64,000 nt of DNA. Source: an uncultured virus (IMG/VR IMGVR_UViG_3300032167_007731) (lineage: Duplodnaviria; Heunggongvirae; Uroviricota; Caudoviricetes). How positions within the stretch are numbered: position 1 is the stretch's first letter; every line of letters begins with the position of its first letter. This document shows, in pieces, positions 1-10,521 of the stretch. The position numbers and the translations under genes were made by a program. Location: the IMG/VR virus record IMGVR_UViG_3300032167_007731; one strand, given 5' to 3'. The notes beneath the pieces were generated by a model. That model saw only the letters and a program-made list of their open reading frames with translations, did not search any database and was not told where the DNA came from.

Positions 1-1695
1 TTACTTAAACTCAAACCCACCTACATCGTCATCATCATCAAAGTCATTGTCTTCTTCACCAAACAATAAATCTCTATTACTTGTTGGCTGAACAAATTCA
101 TTATTTTTCTTCTTAATATATAACAATAAAACAACAACTGCACCTATTACTATTAAAGCAATCAATACAAATATTATTGTCTTACTTGTACTTGTCATTT
201 GTCCTGCTGCTTTTAAATATGCATCATAATCTTTCTTTCTTCCCTCTGACCTTAAATCTGACTTTATTGCATTTAGGAAATCTTTTTGTGCATCTTCTGT
301 TTCAAAATATCCTTTTCCTAAATGAAAAGCCCAATCTACTAATAAATCATATGGTACATAATCACCATAATACATTAAGAAAGGTGCATTACCAAACTTT
401 GAAACCAACATACCTGTATTATCCATAAATCTTTCAACAGGTATTTTAATTTCTTCATTACCTACAACAGTAGCATTTTTATCTCCTGTTTCTATAAAAT
501 TAGTAAAATCTACCCATCTACCAAAGTTTCTATCATAACCATAATATGTAAAACATTCTAAATATTTTGGTTGAACTATAACTACACCATCTGAAATAGG
601 AGTTAAAATCAAATCATCAAGATTTATTTTATAATCCTGATAATCTAAAACTTTATTATCTGTTGTCATATCAGTCGTATCTATCAATTCTTTTGTATCT
701 AATCTTACAGCCAAATTTTTATATATTCTAAAATCTACAAGAGTTTTATCTTCCAAAGTAAAATCTTTAATATTATTTAATATAGTAATATATGACAATA
801 CATTTACACATCCTGGTTTTGGTCCATCTACCCTTCTATAATATCCTGACTCATCACCCTCAATATAACCCCTCAAAATATCAGTATATTCAGAACTCAT
901 AGCAAAACCATAATGCGCACCTGTATAATAAACTGAATAACCCTCTAAATTCTGTAAAGGAAACACAGTACCTACCTGTCTTACTTTTTTCAAATTACAC
1001 TCAAAGTCCTTTAATTTTGCACCACTTGTAATATCAAGAGCATATTCATACATAGGATAACTCAAACTTGCTTCCTTAACACCCTCAATAAGAGTAGGTA
1101 TCACTTCTTCAACTACAAATTTACGAGAAGAAGTATTATTGACAAGAATAAAACTAAAATTATCAAACTTAAAAGTAATATCCCCTGGCTTAAATTTTGT
1201 TGTGGTAGAGTCTATGTATTTATTAAGAAACTCTCCCCAAACTTCCAATTTTATATTATCAATAGTTGCAGAACTTACTAAAATAGCATCTAAACCTTTT
1301 TTTGAGTCCTCTATAATACTTTTAGTTAAACCCTTAAATAAAGCCTCATATTCAGGTGAACCCTCTCTAAATACTTCTGTTTCACCCTCAAAAAGAGCAT
1401 ATACTTTTTCAATTTCTGTGGGTACTTCAGTATTTTCTTCTTCTCCTTCAACCTGTTCTATTACCTTATCAACTTCTTTAATTGTTATAACTTTTGGAAC
1501 TGCATTTGCGTCAGTAACATTCAAAATAGACAATATAGGAACTTCTTCTACAACTGTTTCTGACACATTTTCAACCTCTGAAGCAACCTCTGGTTCTGCA
1601 TATACACTTGTAAACATAGACATAACTATCAACATACTTAAAAACAATGCTGACAATGACCTTATTTTCAATTTCATCTTATACACTCCTATCAA
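1..1695 (-). CDS. Hypothetical exported/membrane-anchored protein
   Basis: N-terminal signal peptide (…SLSALFLSMLIVMSMFTSVYA), C-terminal TM helix (IIFVLIALIVIGAVVVLLLYI) followed by KKK and an acidic tail. True start is probably the second Met. Confidence 0.6.
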   Translation of the reverse strand: MIGVYKMKLKIRSLSALFLSMLIVMSMFTSVYAEPEVASEVENVSETVVEEVPILSILNVTDANAVPKVITIKEVDKVIEQVEGEEENTEVPTEIEKVYALFEGETEVFREGSPEYEALFKGLTKSIIEDSKKGLDAILVSSATIDNIKLEVWGEFLNKYIDSTTTKFKPGDITFKFDNFSFILVNNTSSRKFVVEEVIPTLIEGVKEASLSYPMYEYALDITSGAKLKDFECNLKKVRQVGTVFPLQNLEGYSVYYTGAHYGFAMSSEYTDILRGYIEGDESGYYRRVDGPKPGCVNVLSYITILNNIKDFTLEDKTLVDFRIYKNLAVRLDTKELIDTTDMTTDNKVLDYQDYKINLDDLILTPISDGVVIVQPKYLECFTYYGYDRNFGRWVDFTNFIETGDKNATVVGNEEIKIPVERFMDNTGMLVSKFGNAPFLMYYGDYVPYDLLVDWAFHLGKGYFETEDAQKDFLNAIKSDLRSEGRKKDYDAYLKAAGQMTSTSKTIIFVLIALIVIGAVVVLLLYIKKKNNEFVQPTSNRDLLFGEEDNDFDDDDDVGGFEFK

Positions 1696-1707
1696 TTTAC
1701 TAATGTT

Positions 1708-2070
1708 TTAATTATTCAAAGACTTTGCCACCAAAGGAACAACCACCCCAAAAGTCTCTTGTAATCTTTTTACTTCTTTTAAAAATAAATTTTTATGTTC
1801 TGTATTTTTAGTTTTTATGTGTATCATTTCATGCAATAGTATGTAACTTAAATCATCTGGAAAATTATTCAAATAAAAACGGGATAAAGAAATTTCAAAA
1901 GGTTTCAGCCTATTTTTACTTAAAACTTCAAAATAACATAAAGCCGCACTTTTCCTTAATTTACTTGACTCTGAAATAATTAACTCTGTTGTCAATTCAT
2001 TATTGAAATACTTTTCATTCAACTCTAAATACAAATCAAAATATGTACTATTATTTTTACCTCTTGGCAC
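1708..2070 (-). CDS. SprT-like zinc metalloprotease
   Basis: LNEKYFNNEL…ILLHEMIH…EH…F pattern (HExxH plus downstream His) typical of SprT. Confidence 0.75.
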   Translation of the reverse strand: MPRGKNNSTYFDLYLELNEKYFNNELTTELIISESSKLRKSAALCYFEVLSKNRLKPFEISLSRFYLNNFPDDLSYILLHEMIHIKTKNTEHKNLFLKEVKRLQETFGVVVPLVAKSLNN

Positions 2071-2104
2071 TTTTACTGCCCTCCTATGTTATTAAAATAC
2101 TTTC

Positions 2105-2713
2105 TTAAAATATTTTACCACAGTTAGGACAATTTTTCAACCTATAAAGACCTAAAATTTCTGTACCATCTAAATTAGTTACCGTCATAACACCACTAAA
2201 TATTGAAACTTCTACCTTATTTCCTGCTTCTGCCACTAATGGACTACCATCACAGATAGGACAAAATTCAGAATTACCCTTATTTTCTACTTCTTCAACA
2301 CCAATATTTGACATATCAACAAGAGGTTTAGAATTATTTAAATTCATTTTAGATAATTCTTCCTTGACCCTACGTTCTATTTCTAATTCTATATTAACTT
2401 CAGGCTTATTTCCAAATGTTTGATTATTTGCTGTAATATTACTATTATCAAATGGTGTAGGGTTTGCATCATTTTCCATTCCCATAGAAAAATTATCACT
2501 TATTTCAGTTATAGAAACACCCATATTTGTTCCTTTTAATTTAACATCTACACCTTGCGCATATATTGTTGTTCCTCTAACCCTATATATTTGTTGCTCT
2601 GATTTACTGACCCACTTAATCCAAGAACCACAACAATCACAATACATACCTACCTGTGGTCCTTTTACTTGTAAATAAACACCTGAACCACCACATTTTC
2701 TGCACACATTCAT
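2105..2713 (-). CDS. Hypothetical protein with N- and C-terminal zinc ribbons
   Basis: CRKC…CDCCGSWIKWV at the N-terminus; CPIC…CPNC at the C-terminus. Confidence 0.55.
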   Translation of the reverse strand: MNVCRKCGGSGVYLQVKGPQVGMYCDCCGSWIKWVSKSEQQIYRVRGTTIYAQGVDVKLKGTNMGVSITEISDNFSMGMENDANPTPFDNSNITANNQTFGNKPEVNIELEIERRVKEELSKMNLNNSKPLVDMSNIGVEEVENKGNSEFCPICDGSPLVAEAGNKVEVSIFSGVMTVTNLDGTEILGLYRLKNCPNCGKIF

Positions 2714-2750
2714 TTCTTTTCACCCCACAACTAAATTTTTTCTACTATAC

Positions 2751-2782
2751 TATATACAATTAACAATCTTAATTTATGTCCA
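2751..2782 (-). promoter_or_regulatory. TGGACATAA-N17-TATATA element-specific promoter-like motif
   Basis: One of six intergenic copies with fixed spacing; upstream of 2105..2713. Confidence 0.55.
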
Positions 2783-2799
2783 AACAATATAATTTTATG

Positions 2800-2826
2800 A
2801 AGGCTCTGTTAAAACAACAGAGCCTT
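2800..2826. terminator. Inverted repeat, probable terminator
   Basis: aaggctctgtt-aaaac-aacagagcctt immediately after the stop of 2831..4735. Confidence 0.55.
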
Positions 2827-2830
2827 ATCA

Positions 2831-4735
2831 TCAAATAACTACACTTAAATTACCACTAGAAACAGTAGTTTTTCCACTATTTATTGTTATTGAAATATTG
2901 GAACTAACAGTATCTACAATAGAATTTATATTTTCCTCTGCTACAAAATCCATCATCATTCCTACTACTTCATTCTTAATTCCATCAATATCAAGCTTAA
3001 AAAGTGATTTAGAAATAACAGAATATAATACATAGTTACCAATTATTTTTGAAGATAACTGATTTATTATAGATTTTTCAGCTTCCTTAGATACTTCTAT
3101 AATAGGTATTTGTTTACTTCTCAAATACTTATACCCTATACTATTTATACTTTCTGTACAAATTTGTATTCTAGCAGTACATAATTCTTCAAATAGGCTA
3201 TAAAAAGATTCTGAATTTGAATATATTATTAAACTATTTGCAACATTAGTATAGACCTCTTTGCAAATACTATGAGTCAATAAAATATTTTTATCGCTTA
3301 CAATATTATTATCACTACAATTAACCTTAATAATATTTAAAAATTCAAAAACACTATCTATAGTATTCCAAATAACATTCTTTTGAAAATCATTTACAAG
3401 AATAACCTTTGAAAACTTACCACATTTTCTTAAATAACATACAAACTTAAAGAAATCTACAGAAGAACAATCCACTACAAGAGTAATATTATCTGTTTTA
3501 ACATCCTTCATATCTTTAGTTTCAAATGTTTCTACTTTATAGTCTTCAACATTGGAAACTACAGTTACAACAGAGTTCTCTGTTTCTATATTTTCAACAC
3601 CTGAAGTATTCTCAACAGATATTTCAGGATTTGAAACACCCCTATTCATTAACTGCTTTGTTAATTGTGAATTTCTCTTTGCAAGAACACTAATTTCCTT
3701 TTCTCTACCCTTTATTCTCTTATTCAAATCTTCAACTTGAGTAGTTAAATTAGAAATCTTTATTGAATAACCCTTATTTTTATTTACTTCAAATTCTAAC
3801 TGTTTTTCTAAATCCTTACCACCTTTAGAACTTGTAGAAATTAAACGCTCAATTTCTTTATCTTTTGACTTAATTGTTTCCTCTAATTTCTTTATTTGTT
3901 CCTCAGAAGAAGCCTTTATCTTCTCTTTTTCTTTCATTTGTCTTACACGCTCAACCTCTGCTGCTCTAACTTTATCTTCTGCTTCTAACTGAGCCTTTTT
4001 AACTTCTTCTTCAGCCTTTAACGATTTAACATAAGTTTCCTCATCTTTTTTAATATTTTCAACTACTATCTTTGCATCTTTATCAATATCTTCACCCATT
4101 TTTTCTCTAAAAATAAAAGGTGGAACTACTACAGTATCATTAAATACTTTTCCTATCATAGAAAAAGCACTCATTACCACATTATTGTCATTATTTAAAG
4201 CATACTTTACAGTAGCACGAATATTTTTACCATTATAAAAATATGTGCCATTAGCAGTCGATATTGAATTACAACTACCTACAAAATTATTTAATGTATT
4301 ATCATTAAAAAATGGAAATTTAAAAAACTCTAATATTTCATCTATATATGGTATTTCTAAATCAACAAGAACCTTAAAACTTATAACATTTATCATTCGT
4401 GTCAATAAATTTACATATGTTGACAAATCATTATCATAAAATAATTTTTGAATATCTATTCCTGCTTTTTTCAAATATGTAAGCATAGATTGAGTAACAC
4501 AAGAAAAACCCTCTATAGAATTACTCGTCTTTTTATTATACTTTGCAAAATCTACAAAAACTGAATTTCTCAATATACAAAGGTATCTCAACACTTTTGC
4601 ATCACAATAATATTCAAATAATTTTAAATCTTTTGATTCCTCATATTCCAAAGGAAACAAATCCTTTATCTTTGATTCTTTTGTACCTAAAAGATAATTT
4701 AACCTAAATGCTAAACTTATATTACTATTTTCCAT
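2831..4735 (-). CDS. Coiled-coil protein with degenerate NYN/PIN-like C-terminal domain
   Basis: Central heptad coiled coil. LVVDCSSVDFFKF…KVILVND…IIYSNSESFYSL resembles the clostridial NYN pattern VVDCEN…SSDSD with acidic residues lost. Confidence 0.4.
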   Translation of the reverse strand: MENSNISLAFRLNYLLGTKESKIKDLFPLEYEESKDLKLFEYYCDAKVLRYLCILRNSVFVDFAKYNKKTSNSIEGFSCVTQSMLTYLKKAGIDIQKLFYDNDLSTYVNLLTRMINVISFKVLVDLEIPYIDEILEFFKFPFFNDNTLNNFVGSCNSISTANGTYFYNGKNIRATVKYALNNDNNVVMSAFSMIGKVFNDTVVVPPFIFREKMGEDIDKDAKIVVENIKKDEETYVKSLKAEEEVKKAQLEAEDKVRAAEVERVRQMKEKEKIKASSEEQIKKLEETIKSKDKEIERLISTSSKGGKDLEKQLEFEVNKNKGYSIKISNLTTQVEDLNKRIKGREKEISVLAKRNSQLTKQLMNRGVSNPEISVENTSGVENIETENSVVTVVSNVEDYKVETFETKDMKDVKTDNITLVVDCSSVDFFKFVCYLRKCGKFSKVILVNDFQKNVIWNTIDSVFEFLNIIKVNCSDNNIVSDKNILLTHSICKEVYTNVANSLIIYSNSESFYSLFEELCTARIQICTESINSIGYKYLRSKQIPIIEVSKEAEKSIINQLSSKIIGNYVLYSVISKSLFKLDIDGIKNEVVGMMMDFVAEENINSIVDTVSSNISITINSGKTTVSSGNLSVVI

Positions 4736-4756
4736 AACTATTTATCTTCCTTTCAC

Positions 4757-5206
4757 TTAATCTGCTCTTTCCATATCTCTCTTTACATCCCTCTCTTTGA
4801 TAGACTCACGCTTATCAAATTTTTTCTTACCTTTACATACACCCATTAACATCTTTACTTTACCATTAGACATATAAAGTTTAAGAGGAACAAAAGTATA
4901 GCCCTCTGTTTGCTTTTTATAATCTAATTTTCTAATTTCAGACTTATGTAAAAGCAACTTTCTAACTCTATATGGGTCAACAGAAGTAAAAAGATTTTCA
5001 GAACCCTCTTGATAAGGTGAAATATGCATACCCTTTACAAACATTTCATTCTTATCAATATCACACCAAGAACCTTTAAGGTTACACTTACCTTGTCTAA
5101 TTGACTTTACTTCTTTTCCTTCTAATACTACACCAACTTCAATTTCATCTACAATAAAATAATCAAAGTAGGCTTTCTTGTTTTTAATTTCCATATTTTT
5201 CACCAT
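4757..5206 (-). CDS. smpB: SsrA (tmRNA)-binding protein SmpB
   Basis: NKKAYFDY…GVVLEGKEVKSIR…HISPY…RVRKLLLHKSEI…GKKKFDKR. Confidence 0.95.
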   Translation of the reverse strand: MVKNMEIKNKKAYFDYFIVDEIEVGVVLEGKEVKSIRQGKCNLKGSWCDIDKNEMFVKGMHISPYQEGSENLFTSVDPYRVRKLLLHKSEIRKLDYKKQTEGYTFVPLKLYMSNGKVKMLMGVCKGKKKFDKRESIKERDVKRDMERAD

Positions 5207-5222
5207 TTCCTTTTTATTATAT

Positions 5223-6077
5223 TTAATTATTTCTAATTATTTCAATAGTTTGATAAGGAATTTTTATGTTATTTTCCTTAAATGCTTTTAATACTTGTTC
5301 CCTTAATTCACTACACAACTTAAAACTATCACCTATATTTGCAGACCATACAGAAGCACGAAGAGCTACACCACTAGCATTAAAAGCTCTAACTGTTATA
5401 CCAACAGGTTCTACACCCTCTGATTTTTCCTCTTCAGTTCTCTTATCCACAAATAAAGGATGATTTACAGCTAAATCTTTTAGTATCTGTTTTGCTAAAT
5501 CTATATCTGCATCATAAGAAACTTCAACATCTAAAAATGCAACCATCCTTTGGTCTCCTATATTATAATTTTCAATAATTTCGCCATTCATTACTGAATT
5601 AGGTATCATTAACAAATTATTTTCAACAGTTCTTATAGAAGTATATCTTAAATTTATTTCAACAACTGTACCTGTAATACCCTTATTTGTTAATCTAATT
5701 CTATCACCTACACTAAATGGTTTAAATAAGGAAATTAAAAGACCATCAATAGCATTACCTAATGCATCTTGTGAAGCCAAACCTACTGCTGCAGCAAGAA
5801 CGGAAGAACAAGCCAACAATGTTGTACCTACCTTTGACAATGCAGGAACATTCTCAACAACACTTATTACAAATAAAAGAATAACTCCTACTTTTATAAC
5901 TTGTTTTAATATATTCCAATGCAAAGAATTTGGATTAACCCTTGCTGATACCCTATTCAATATACCTATTAAAATCTTATATAAAACAAAACAAACAAAA
6001 CCAAATACAACACAAGTAGCAATTATACTTCCTATATCTGATTTTAAAAAATCAATAACCTTATTTAAGAATTCCAT
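5223..6077 (-). CDS. mscS: Small-conductance mechanosensitive channel (MscS family)
   Basis: Three TM helices; GLASQDALGNAIDG…KPFSVGDRI…GTVVEINLRYTSIRT…IPNS…IKIPY. Confidence 0.92.
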   Translation of the reverse strand: MEFLNKVIDFLKSDIGSIIATCVVFGFVCFVLYKILIGILNRVSARVNPNSLHWNILKQVIKVGVILLFVISVVENVPALSKVGTTLLACSSVLAAAVGLASQDALGNAIDGLLISLFKPFSVGDRIRLTNKGITGTVVEINLRYTSIRTVENNLLMIPNSVMNGEIIENYNIGDQRMVAFLDVEVSYDADIDLAKQILKDLAVNHPLFVDKRTEEEKSEGVEPVGITVRAFNASGVALRASVWSANIGDSFKLCSELREQVLKAFKENNIKIPYQTIEIIRNN

Positions 6078-6094
6078 TTCATACTCCCCTAATA

Positions 6095-6436
6095 CTATTT
6101 TTTCTTATTTTTATTTACATAATTATAATGCTCACGCATACGATTTCTTTGATTCTGTCTTTGAACAGCCTCCTGTTTCTTTAGTGCATCTATCTGTCTT
6201 TGATTCTGATTTTGCTTTCTTTTCATTTCTTCATTGGCTTTTTGTAATTTTCTTTGTTGCTTTAATATCTTATAATTCTGTATTCTTCTTCCCATATCCA
6301 CAGAAGCCACAAGAACAACAAAACCTGTAAATAATACACCATAACCAACATTAAAATATGTTGAAATTAAATAAAGAGCACCCAAATTCAAAGCAATAAA
6401 TATCAAAGCAATCAATATCTTGTCTGAATTTTTCAT
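6095..6436 (-). CDS. Small 2-TM membrane protein with Gln/Lys-rich coiled coil
   Basis: Two hydrophobic helices followed by a basic helical tail. Confidence 0.55.
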   Translation of the reverse strand: MKNSDKILIALIFIALNLGALYLISTYFNVGYGVLFTGFVVLVASVDMGRRIQNYKILKQQRKLQKANEEMKRKQNQNQRQIDALKKQEAVQRQNQRNRMREHYNYVNKNKKK

Positions 6437-6444
6437 AAAATCAC

Positions 6445-6909
6445 CTACATAATTATCAAATTTTTATCGAGCACTCTACAATTCAATACAGGTTTAGTAT
6501 CTTTCAAACGCTCTGAACTAAACTCCCAAAAACTACATCCTTTAAATTTATTACCTTTATACTCTACAACAGGTTTTACAGAATAATATTTTGCATTTCT
6601 ATTATACTTTGTCTTAACCTCATAATCATACTCACTAACTGTTATATCTTCTTTTCCACAAAAATATACAGTCCAATAACTTAAACAAGTCCAAAGTTTA
6701 CAAATTAAATAAACTGTAAACCCATAAATAACACACATCTCATACCATTTCAATGTCATAAAACTCTCTGAAATCATAACAATCAAAAGAGCAATTAAAC
6801 CTACAAAACATATAATACTATTCAAAACCATTTTATTTTTATTAGACATAATATACACCCCTAACCATTTTATTATTTTTATTATACTACGAATCTTCCT
6901 AATTGTCAA
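6445..6909 (-). CDS. Hypothetical membrane protein
   Basis: Two TM segments. Likely start at the internal MSNKNK after a GGGGTG RBS. Confidence 0.5.
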   Translation of the reverse strand: MTIRKIRSIIKIIKWLGVYIMSNKNKMVLNSIICFVGLIALLIVMISESFMTLKWYEMCVIYGFTVYLICKLWTCLSYWTVYFCGKEDITVSEYDYEVKTKYNRNAKYYSVKPVVEYKGNKFKGCSFWEFSSERLKDTKPVLNCRVLDKNLIIM

Positions 6910-6948
6910 TACTTAAAAGATAAATTTTCATAAATATTTAATTATTGT

Positions 6949-6975
6949 AAGAGCCTATCTACAAGATAGGCTCTT
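6949..6975. terminator. Inverted repeat, probable terminator
   Basis: aagagcctatct-aca-agataggctctt just after the stop of 6981..8066. Confidence 0.6.
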
Positions 6976-6980
6976 TTATA

Positions 6981-8066
6981 TTACTCATTATCTTTATTTA
7001 CTTCTGTTTCCTCTATAATTTCATCTACATTTTCTATATTTTTTTCTTGTTTTCCTTTTAATTTTTTAGGTCTTAAACCCTTTTTTAACTTTCTTTTCTT
7101 TATAAACTTCACAATAAAGAAAATAATTAAACCCCAAATTAATAATGTTGGAAATGCCATAATAAACCATTCAATAAAGTTTTCTGCACTTCTCAAGAAA
7201 TGTCTACCTGAATCTACAAAATAACCCTTCAATCTTACAAAGAAATTATCTTTTGGCTTAGGAACATCTGTATATTCTCTAACTTCTCTTAAATTAATAT
7301 GAACTGTAGAATACGCCACATCTCTATCTATTTTATTACGAGAGTTTACCAACTTATTTAATCTTGCCTGTGTATCTGCTATTCTTTCCTCAATATCTAA
7401 CATTTCTTCAATAGAACTTGCATTTCTTAAATAATTAAACAATCTTTCTTGCATTACTTCTAAACTTTCTATTTCTACTTCTAAATCAGAATACATTGTT
7501 GTAAAATTATCTACTGTCCTTGATATATCTACTAATGAAATTAATTTATCATTACCTGATATCTCTGATAAAAACTTCTCATAATTTTGTTGTGGTATTC
7601 TAACTAATATATAAGAACTTGAAAAATCATAATTTGTATCATAATTTAAATTCTTTTGTTCTTCATTTTCTATTATACCACCATTTTCTGTTATTTTTGT
7701 ATGTAAATAATTCATAGCATCCAAATACTCTTTTGTTTCCATAGAAACCCTTGCTGTATATACTAATTTTTCCTGCTGAATAATTGCTTCATTCTTTACA
7801 TTTGTTTCAACACCATTTTCTGAAACTGTTTCTTCAGTTACTACTTCCATAGGTTCTTCATATGCTTCATCATAACTCTCAGATTCATTATAACTAAAAC
7901 CACCTATGCTATCCATCATATTCCAAGAAGAACCTTTTGTTGATGCCATATCTGAATACACTTGACCTGACATAGCATCATTAACAGACTTTGAACCACA
8001 ACCTGATAAACAACTAACTACTAAAACACTTAAAATAATTATAGATAAAACCTTTTTATTCTTCAT
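6981..8066 (-). CDS. DUF4349-like lipoprotein
   Basis: Lipobox LSGC; KLVYTARVSME…VRIP…EEMLDIEERI…VAYSTVHINLRE; C-terminal TM helix. Confidence 0.8.
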   Translation of the reverse strand: MKNKKVLSIIILSVLVVSCLSGCGSKSVNDAMSGQVYSDMASTKGSSWNMMDSIGGFSYNESESYDEAYEEPMEVVTEETVSENGVETNVKNEAIIQQEKLVYTARVSMETKEYLDAMNYLHTKITENGGIIENEEQKNLNYDTNYDFSSSYILVRIPQQNYEKFLSEISGNDKLISLVDISRTVDNFTTMYSDLEVEIESLEVMQERLFNYLRNASSIEEMLDIEERIADTQARLNKLVNSRNKIDRDVAYSTVHINLREVREYTDVPKPKDNFFVRLKGYFVDSGRHFLRSAENFIEWFIMAFPTLLIWGLIIFFIVKFIKKRKLKKGLRPKKLKGKQEKNIENVDEIIEETEVNKDNE

Positions 8067-8622
8067 CTAAATCATCTCCTTCATCTTCATCATAAATAAT
8101 TTCTAAATCTTCATTAGACCTACTATGGTCTGCTATAAGGGTTAAACCCTCAAATTCTTCTATTTTATCTACACCAACCATACCTATAATTTCACCATTT
8201 TTCTTACACTCCAAAATAGTAGTACAATTAGCAAAAAATGTTTCAGTTTCAGAAGTCTTTACATTTCTTACAGTTATCTCATCTGCATCGAACTCTTTCA
8301 AAACTTCATCACCACTTAAAATAAGAAGTTTGTTTGAAAAACCTATCACTACACCTGTCATACTATCATCTATTAAATCTTCATAACGACGTTTATAAAT
8401 AACATCATATAATTTAGAACCTATAAACATAAGTATCCAAATAAACAGTATTTCTAAATAAATATATTCTGTAAAAATACCTTTTGTTAAAAATGTAAAT
8501 ATTAGCATAATATACAATATAATTAAACCTAATATTAAATTCTTCTTATACATATCAGGTTTAGCAACTGCTAATGGTATCATTACATTTCTTATTTCTG
8601 CACTATTATTCATAAAAAACAC
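8056..8622 (-). CDS. Hypothetical 2-TM membrane protein
   Basis: Two TM helices and an acidic tail; overlaps the next gene. Confidence 0.5.
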   Translation of the reverse strand: MFFMNNSAEIRNVMIPLAVAKPDMYKKNLILGLIILYIMLIFTFLTKGIFTEYIYLEILFIWILMFIGSKLYDVIYKRRYEDLIDDSMTGVVIGFSNKLLILSGDEVLKEFDADEITVRNVKTSETETFFANCTTILECKKNGEIIGMVGVDKIEEFEGLTLIADHSRSNEDLEIIYDEDEGDDLDEE

Positions 8623-8627
8623 CGCCT

Positions 8628-9467
8628 TTATTTATTTTTTATATATAGACTTTCATAAACTATACTATCATTAGATTTACCGATAGTTCTTTTAAAGCTA
8701 CTATTACCACTCCTTAAATAAATATGATTATCATACAAATCCTCAGGTAACTTATATGTATTATCTATATCACCACTAATCCCGTCATAACTCAATAAGT
8801 AACCACTATCTAACTGTCTTAACCAATTAAAAAATTTATCTTTATCTAATCCACCAAAATACATACCTTTTGTTGCTGCATATGGTGGGTCAAGATATAA
8901 AAAATCTCTTTTCTTTGGTTTTACTTCTAAATAATCTTGAACCTTAAATTCTACATCAAACTTATTTATCAAATCAAACCATTCTAAAATAATTTCTTTT
9001 AAGGTTTCAGGTACAATACCATTCCTTGTTACATGAAATGAATTATTAAACTCACCATTTTTATTATATCTTGGCATACCATTTGTCGTTGTTCTCATAA
9101 TAAACATAAAGTCCAAAGGATTATGCTCTTTATTTAATCTATCTCTTATTTCCACAAAATATCTTTTCTTTCTCTCTTTATCTTCATCTTTATTTAATTC
9201 ATTCCATAATACCCTATAATGCTCTGATACTTTATTAGGATTATTTTTTATCTCATTCCATAACCCTATTAAATCACTATTCAAGTCGCTACAAACATAT
9301 TTATTTACTTCTATATTTGAACTTAATAAACGCCTCAAAACACTACAACCACCACAAAAAGGTTCATAATATGTATCTATTTCTTTTGGAAAATACTCTA
9401 ATATTTGTTCTGCTTGACTGCGTTTACTACCACTCCATTTTATTGCTGGTTCAAACAACCTTATCAC
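8628..9467 (-). CDS. DNA adenine methyltransferase (Dam/D12 class), orphan
   Basis: KWSGSKR, YYEPFCGGCSV (SAM binding), YLDPPY (catalytic), LLSY. Confidence 0.9.
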   Translation of the reverse strand: MIRLFEPAIKWSGSKRSQAEQILEYFPKEIDTYYEPFCGGCSVLRRLLSSNIEVNKYVCSDLNSDLIGLWNEIKNNPNKVSEHYRVLWNELNKDEDKERKKRYFVEIRDRLNKEHNPLDFMFIMRTTTNGMPRYNKNGEFNNSFHVTRNGIVPETLKEIILEWFDLINKFDVEFKVQDYLEVKPKKRDFLYLDPPYAATKGMYFGGLDKDKFFNWLRQLDSGYLLSYDGISGDIDNTYKLPEDLYDNHIYLRSGNSSFKRTIGKSNDSIVYESLYIKNK

Positions 9468-9475
9468 TCCAATAA

Positions 9476-10504
9476 CTATTCTTCTTTATTTCTTTCATCT
9501 AATGGAACATAAGTTTCAGACTCTATTATCTTTTGATTCTCTTCTTTTATAAACTTTTGTTCCTCATTTAATTCTTTTAATACTTTATCTATCTCTGATT
9601 TTTTCTCACCTAACTTAACATTCTTAACAATATAACCATCCGAATTAAAAATATAATAACTTGCAGAACCCGTTCCTTCTACACTCGCCATAAAATTACC
9701 ACCTGTATCAAAGAACAATGGTAAATCCTCACGAATTCCTAATTCCTTAAATTTTTTCAATATCTTACTCTCTGGTTCCAAACCATCAAAACTTACATTT
9801 AAAAATACAAACCTTATTGAATCTTTATACTCATCATAATAAGAAGATACTTCTTTTATTGCCTTCAAACTGTTATCATTAGTCAATAAGAAAGGTATTA
9901 CAATAGCACCATTATTATTTATCATTTCAAAACTAACATTTTGTAATCCATTTCTTATAAAATTCAATTTAAGACTTACATTATTTCTACCTTTATTTCT
10001 ATCTACTCTTGCTTTTCTTAACAATTTCTCTACATTACTTTCTGGTTCTGCCTGAACCGTAGCATCTTTTGTAGTGGTACTCTCAACCTTTAATGTTTCT
10101 ATTACAGTATCAAGTTCATGCATAGGTAGAACAGTGCCTTCTTTTCCAACTATCTCTGGAGAACTAACCATTTTCGTATTTTCATCTCTTGGTATTATAT
10201 TAGGTTTTTCTTCCTGAAAAACATCATCAGGATTTTTCATATCTTTTGGTTCTTCAGGTCTTAAAATAATACTACCATCCTCTGTTACTTCTAAATCACT
10301 GTCTAAGGTTACTTTATCTGTCCTTAAATTTTCATTTTTATCAGATTTTATTCTACCTACTGTATCAGACATATCCTTAACTAATACAACTTCTTCTATA
10401 ACTACTTCTTTATTAAAATACAATAATAAACAACTTACTGCAACTATAATACTTATAACTATCAAAATTATATTTATTATTGTATCTTTACGAGAATAAA
10501 ACAT
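9476..10504 (-). CDS. Membrane-anchored protein with possible thioredoxin-like C-terminal fold lacking CxxC
   Basis: N-terminal TM. YDEYKDSIRFVFLNV…PLFFDTGG…SYYIFNSDGYIV resembles TlpA/ResA, but there is no WCxxC. Confidence 0.4.
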   Translation of the reverse strand: MFYSRKDTIINIILIVISIIVAVSCLLLYFNKEVVIEEVVLVKDMSDTVGRIKSDKNENLRTDKVTLDSDLEVTEDGSIILRPEEPKDMKNPDDVFQEEKPNIIPRDENTKMVSSPEIVGKEGTVLPMHELDTVIETLKVESTTTKDATVQAEPESNVEKLLRKARVDRNKGRNNVSLKLNFIRNGLQNVSFEMINNNGAIVIPFLLTNDNSLKAIKEVSSYYDEYKDSIRFVFLNVSFDGLEPESKILKKFKELGIREDLPLFFDTGGNFMASVEGTGSASYYIFNSDGYIVKNVKLGEKKSEIDKVLKELNEEQKFIKEENQKIIESETYVPLDERNKEE

Positions 10505-10521
10505 CTACATCACCCACTTAA

